A stretch of DNA of 26,221 nucleotides from Cyanophora paradoxa CCMP329 (taxonomy: Eukaryota; Plantae; Glaucophyta), in contig QPMI01000067.1 in assembly GCA_004431415.1 (NCBI GenBank), positions 1 to 26,221 of the forward strand, written 5' to 3'. A program made the translations under genes and the position numbers. Shown piece by piece: positions 21,690-26,221 of the stretch (position 1 is the stretch's first letter; the number at the start of each line of letters is the position of its first letter). The notes beneath the pieces are model-generated. The model was not told the origin of the DNA and searched no databases. It worked only from the letters and a program-made list of their open reading frames with translations.

Positions 21690-21961
21690 AGCAAGCTAAA
21701 GAGGAAGCTAGGGTTGATGCTGCTATAAGGAGAGAGGGCATAGAAGCTGCTAATGAAGTCCCAGATAAGCCTTTGATAGAAGCTAGAAAGGAGAAGGCTG
21801 GGAAAGTTAACAGGGAACTCAAAAAGCTCACTATAGCAGGCACACAGAAACTTTCAGAAGTGAATAGCCAGAGATGGTATAATGACTTTCAGACTACTAA
21901 GGAGTCATATACAGCCCCTAAACCTCAGAGAACACTAAGAGATAGGACCAAAACTAGCTAG
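21677..21961 (+). CDS. Basic helical ORF, probably the frameshifted C-terminal tail of the integrase
   Basis: GTG start only, overlapping the int end in the -1 frame. One extra C in GAAACCCTACA fuses them (ETPTVDALEQ). Confidence 0.5.
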   Translation: MDALEQAKEEARVDAAIRREGIEAANEVPDKPLIEARKEKAGKVNRELKKLTIAGTQKLSEVNSQRWYNDFQTTKESYTAPKPQRTLRDRTKTS

Positions 21962-22187
21962 TTTGCTAGGCAAAAACTCGTTTTTTCCAAATATATGTAT
22001 GACTGATATACATATATGCACATGATATACACATAGTCTTGTAGATCTTATCAAGCGCTTCACAGCGATATGCAGAACGTTGCGTTTTGATGATCTGGTG
22101 ATGAGATATAACAGTTTGAAGATGCAAAAGTCACTTGCCATAGTAGACTTGGTGAAACACTAGCCCAGGAGTCGACTTGGTGGTAAG

Positions 22188-22258
22188 CCGTTTTTGGCTC
22201 AGAGAATAGAGCGCTTGATTTCTGACTCAAACTACGCGGTTCAAATCCGCTCGGAACC
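22188..22258 (+). ncRNA. tRNA-like / Pol III A-box-B-box element (copy 2)
   Basis: TGGCTCAGAGAATAGAGC, TTGA-TTTCTGAC-TCAA and GCGGTTCAAATCCGC, followed by an A-run and T6 at 22305-22310. Confidence 0.4.
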
Positions 22259-23035
22259 TTTACTTCGTTCGCCGTGAAACTTGAAAAGTAAAAAAAAAAC
22301 GCGGTTTTTTCTAGATTAATGCTGTACCCGTCTAGAAAATCAATATTAACGTTTGCTACGATATCTCAACACCAACTTATCAAATCGATGCGCTTAAAAC
22401 GTCATAAAATCGAGCATTTCAAGGCGGTCACAGCGCTTATGAGCCATATCGGAATTTCACTAACTGTAACTCCAAATCGCGATGAAACCGATTTTGAATT
22501 TCGATTTTAAATTCGATTAAAATCCATTAAACGTGAGTTTTTAATATAGATCACTAGGAAGTTATCAAATCGATGCACTGACGGTCGAATATAATCCCAT
22601 ATATCATACATAACAATAACTTGCAATCACATATACGAATCTCAATGTGTATAGATCGCTATTACGATTAAAGCGAGTTTTGAAATTCAAAATTAATTCG
22701 ATTAAATTCGATTATAACTCAAAAATCGCGATTTATAACCATATACTTATCGTTTCGATCAACTTATGATATCGAATATTCAACTATATTATATTGCTTC
22801 GATAACTGTGATCCCATCTATGATCCCATCAATCTAACACTGCATTTAGTAAGCATCTGCCCTAGATTCCCCCTATTATATTATATTTATATTTAAGTGG
22901 ACTCAAGGTTGACTCATATTAATCGTAAAAGTAGTAAAAGTATATGGATTTTGTTACGAATTCAATGCAAGGGTTGACTAAGTGGGTTGAGTTGACTCAA
23001 ATTTCACAGGAAATAACAATGAATCAGAGTATAAA

Positions 23036-23494
23036 TGCATTTTTTGAATCAACTACACCAACTAACACTGAGATTTTACCAATATATGAGGTCCTTACTG
23101 AATATGGTTTGTGTGACAGGTGTGACAGGTCTATCCCAAACTTTTCTATAGCATAAAAATGAACTCTCAAAAGTTTGGGATGGACCTGTCACACCTGTCA
23201 CACTCGATTATTTCATTTGTTTATTCAAGTAGAATTACATAGATAAACTTCTTACTTATTGTTACTGAGTTTTTCATTATAAAAGAGATCCTTACTGAAT
23301 ATGGTTTGTGTGACAGGTGTGACAGGATGCATTTTGTGAATCAACTACACCAACTAACACTGAAATTTTAACATTAAAAGAGATCCTTACTGAATATGGT
23401 TTGTGTGACAGGTGTGACAGGTCTATCCCAAACTTTTCTATAACATAAAAATGAACTATCAAAAGTTTGGATAGACCTGTCACACCTGTCACAC
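23036..23494. repeat. GTGTGACAG-palindrome cluster (copy 2)
   Basis: Palindromes at 23111-23203 and 23403-23494, half-site at 23308-23326. Confidence 0.9.
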
Positions 23495-23744
23495 CCAATT
23501 ATTTCAAAAATCCTAAGGGTCCCCCTTAGAATCATTAAAACATGATAAAACATATAAGTTTCATGTATAATTACGATTGAATTCAATAAGAGATCGATTT
23601 GTTTTATTTAACAAATGAATCTTTTATGGATCTTAATCGAGTTTAGCGATATATTTCCGATTAAATGAATTAAATTTAATTAAATTTAATCGAGAAAGTA
23701 CATGAATATAATATCGATTAAATCAATTAACTTTTAGACCAATC

Positions 23745-24027
23745 ACACATAGTAAAATGCGGAGTTTTAACCAGAGGCAAGATCTAATTGAGATTCAGTT
23801 ATATTATTCGGAAATATATACAGATTATCGATAGACTCAGTAAGACTAATCGGAAAATAAGAGAAATTTACGATAAAATATCGAAAAGAATACAAAATAA
23901 TCGAAATAAATGAATATTCGATAAGATATACACAGATTATCGATTGATTGAAATAGAATATACGAGATATATCAACAAAATCAATTAAGATAAGCCGAGG
24001 GTTAAAACTCCGCATTTTACTATGTGT
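23745..24027. repeat. MITE-like cassette with 28 bp terminal inverted repeats (copy 2)
   Basis: Same inverted repeats at 23745-23772 and 24000-24027. Confidence 0.8.
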
Positions 24028-26118
24028 TACACGGAGTCAGCCTACGGAACGGATGTGAATATCTTTGCTATCAATCCATGCGGGGTCAATCAATCCTCGA
24101 CGACGCCAGCATACACATCAGTAAAGAAGTTGACAGGGCATGGCTGGGGAGTGACGAGGGCAGTGTTCGATCCTCTGGGACGATTCCTCATCACGGCCAG
24201 TGCAGACCACACTGTTCGACTCTGGTACATTTATATATATATGCTATGGAGTGATTATGAATATCAGAACTGCAGTAATTGACAGGGGGATATATACGAC
24301 AGGGGGACAAGCGACTGGCCCAACTGTGGTACAATCTTGACCTGTACATTCGCGATTGGACAGCCGGAACGAAACTTCACTCTTAACGCTGCTTCGAAGA
24401 CGATATTTTCCGGTGCGCGCGTGCGAAATAATTTGCATGATGGGTATATATACCTGTGGATATATATAATTAAACTTTTGGTATCAGAGCCTGTTCGCTC
24501 AATTGAATAGAACCCTCATTGCAATAGAGGACTCGCGATCAGTCTCCTCAATGGTCACCACTCGCATGCGGCCTTGTCATGCTCAACAAAACTGCGGGCC
24601 CCGATTCACAACAAAGCAACATGCGACTGATATGGATCGAAGACTTTCGCCTGAAAACGAAAGAATTTCGGCTGCAAGCAACTTGAGCGGACTCGATTTC
24701 TCTTTGTTTTCGGTATCTTCTGATGGACAAAGCGTCGGCGGGGCGGCTCGGGCCTATGTGTTTCTCTGGAGATCAGTGGAAAGTGAATGGCGTTTGGTTC
24801 AGAGCGTTTCATCACCATGCTTGATCATTCAGATGCACACTAGTACTTCACCCGATTACAGATCTAGAGAAGAGTTCGAATCTAGCATCGATATCGTGTC
24901 AGTTCGTGCTTTGGGGTTCCTTCAATCACCAGCTTCTCTAACGCCTACGATCTATATCTGTTCGGCTGGATATTCATCATTTCGCGGGACATGTCGAATA
25001 TTTCCTCGTCTACGTTTATGAACAAACTAGATAACTTGGCAAAGGCATCGATGATAATTTTTCCCCAGTAGCTGGATATTCTCTTCTCAAGGGACTCTCC
25101 TTGCACATTCTTCAAATGGAGCAGCTGATGCTGTCATCTTTCACTCGAAAACAGCATCTATCCTGCAGCGAGTACCTAAGCCGACAGACTACAGTTCAGC
25201 AATTCTTATAATTATGTGGCGTGCGCATTTTGGCCTGACGAAAGGAGCCTTTTAGTGTCTGGTATTCGCGTCAGTGGACTCGGGCACATTCATCGTCTCA
25301 GTCGAATTTCGATTCCGCTGGGTGAATCAATAGGAACTTACGAAGCTCCAGGCGATCTCGTGCAGATCACATCTGTGCTCGTGACCTTGGATGCCAGATA
25401 TGTTCTGGCGAGCGCAGGAGGATTGGTATATTGCTGTCCTCAGGTGGCAAACTCGATCGCGTATTTCGAAGTGAAGGGCAATCTCGCGTATAGCAATTTC
25501 GCCAATCTCAAGTTTTCTTATCGCCGAGATCCCTTCGCCTTCACCCAGCTATGCATATGGAACTCAAAGCCATCTTGAGATTTGGTGATCTGACGCCCTT
25601 CATTATTCTTGTGATATCGATGTGAATTGCATGGTCTGACGAATTGTATTTGGCGCTAGGTCTGTGGCTGGCAATCATGTTCCACATCGCGACACGTCTA
25701 TGTCGATTTCGAACAACACAAACAACGGCAGCGGTAAATCAGATCTGGATCCGATCGCCAACAGTACAATTATCAACAAGCCGCTAGATCTGAATTCCAC
25801 AAAGCCTCTGAACTCAACAAACTCCGCGCCGGTTTAGATGGCCAGGGCGCCGGCGGGCCTCTGAATTCCACACACTCCGGATCCAGCCTCCTTGATTCTC
25901 AAGCAAATTGCAGTCCACTATTTTGCGCGCGGGCTTCGTGGTACATTGACCTTGTGATTATCTTGGCCATCGTTTTCTTCATAGCAATACTGTCGCTGAT
26001 TATCTACATCAATCGAGCTAGAATATTTAGAAAGTTAGGCGGGCATTTTTCGAAAACAAGAGTACGAAAGCCTCGAGTAATATTAGGCAACTTAGTTTCT
26101 GCAGATAATACCGTATAG
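24022..26118 (+). CDS. WD40 type-I membrane protein gene (copy 2, with indels)
   Basis: Duplicate of 4726-6824. Confidence 0.55.
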
Positions 26119-26221
26119 TTTATATGCAGTGCATTTACGTATACTCGCATTTGGCCATCCAATGTACCCGCTGAACGTTTTATAATTTGATTGATCACGA
26201 GCTGTGCGCCAGCGTATTTAC

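Larger units (their letters stand above)
10450..23494. mobile_element. Polinton / Polinton-like virus (endogenous Preplasmiviricota-type element), left end truncated; right boundary approximate
   Basis: Co-located pPolB, rve integrase, A32-like ATPase, primase-SF3 helicase and capsid-like fragment. Dense, intronless AT-rich genes contrast with the GC-rich flank. Confidence 0.88.
19225..26221 (+). repeat. Copy 2 of ~7 kb direct repeat (period ~19.2-19.3 kb)
   Basis: Colinear near-identity with 1-6927. Confidence 0.97.

Noticed and set aside
22319-24015. Short ORFs in the AT-rich repeat region
   Set aside because: They overlap repeats, vary between the two copies and show no coding signal

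Overview
Eukaryotic DNA dominated by a Polinton/Polinton-like virus (PLV) type element (~10450-23500). It encodes a probable capsid C-terminal fragment, an A32-like packaging ATPase, an AEP primase-D5/SF3 helicase, a Zn-finger/DUF5710-like protein, a protein-primed PolB whose proofreading domain looks degenerate, and an rve integrase. Bases 1-6927 repeat almost exactly at 19225-26221, so the window holds one ~19.3 kb unit plus a ~7 kb overlap (circular contig overlap or tandem array). Most differences between copies are single-base indels typical of long-read error, and these explain most frameshifts. However, six synonymous polB substitutions point to genuinely distinct copies. The unit also contains non-viral DNA: a WD40 type-I membrane protein gene and a very GC-rich, intron-containing host coiled-coil gene that is fused mid-exon to the truncated capsid-like gene at ~10455. 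Notable non-coding features are GTGTGACAG-repeat palindromes (origin-like), a shared ~40 bp promoter motif, a 28 bp inverted-repeat cassette, a tRNA-like A/B-box element, and strong CpG depletion that spares CGA.
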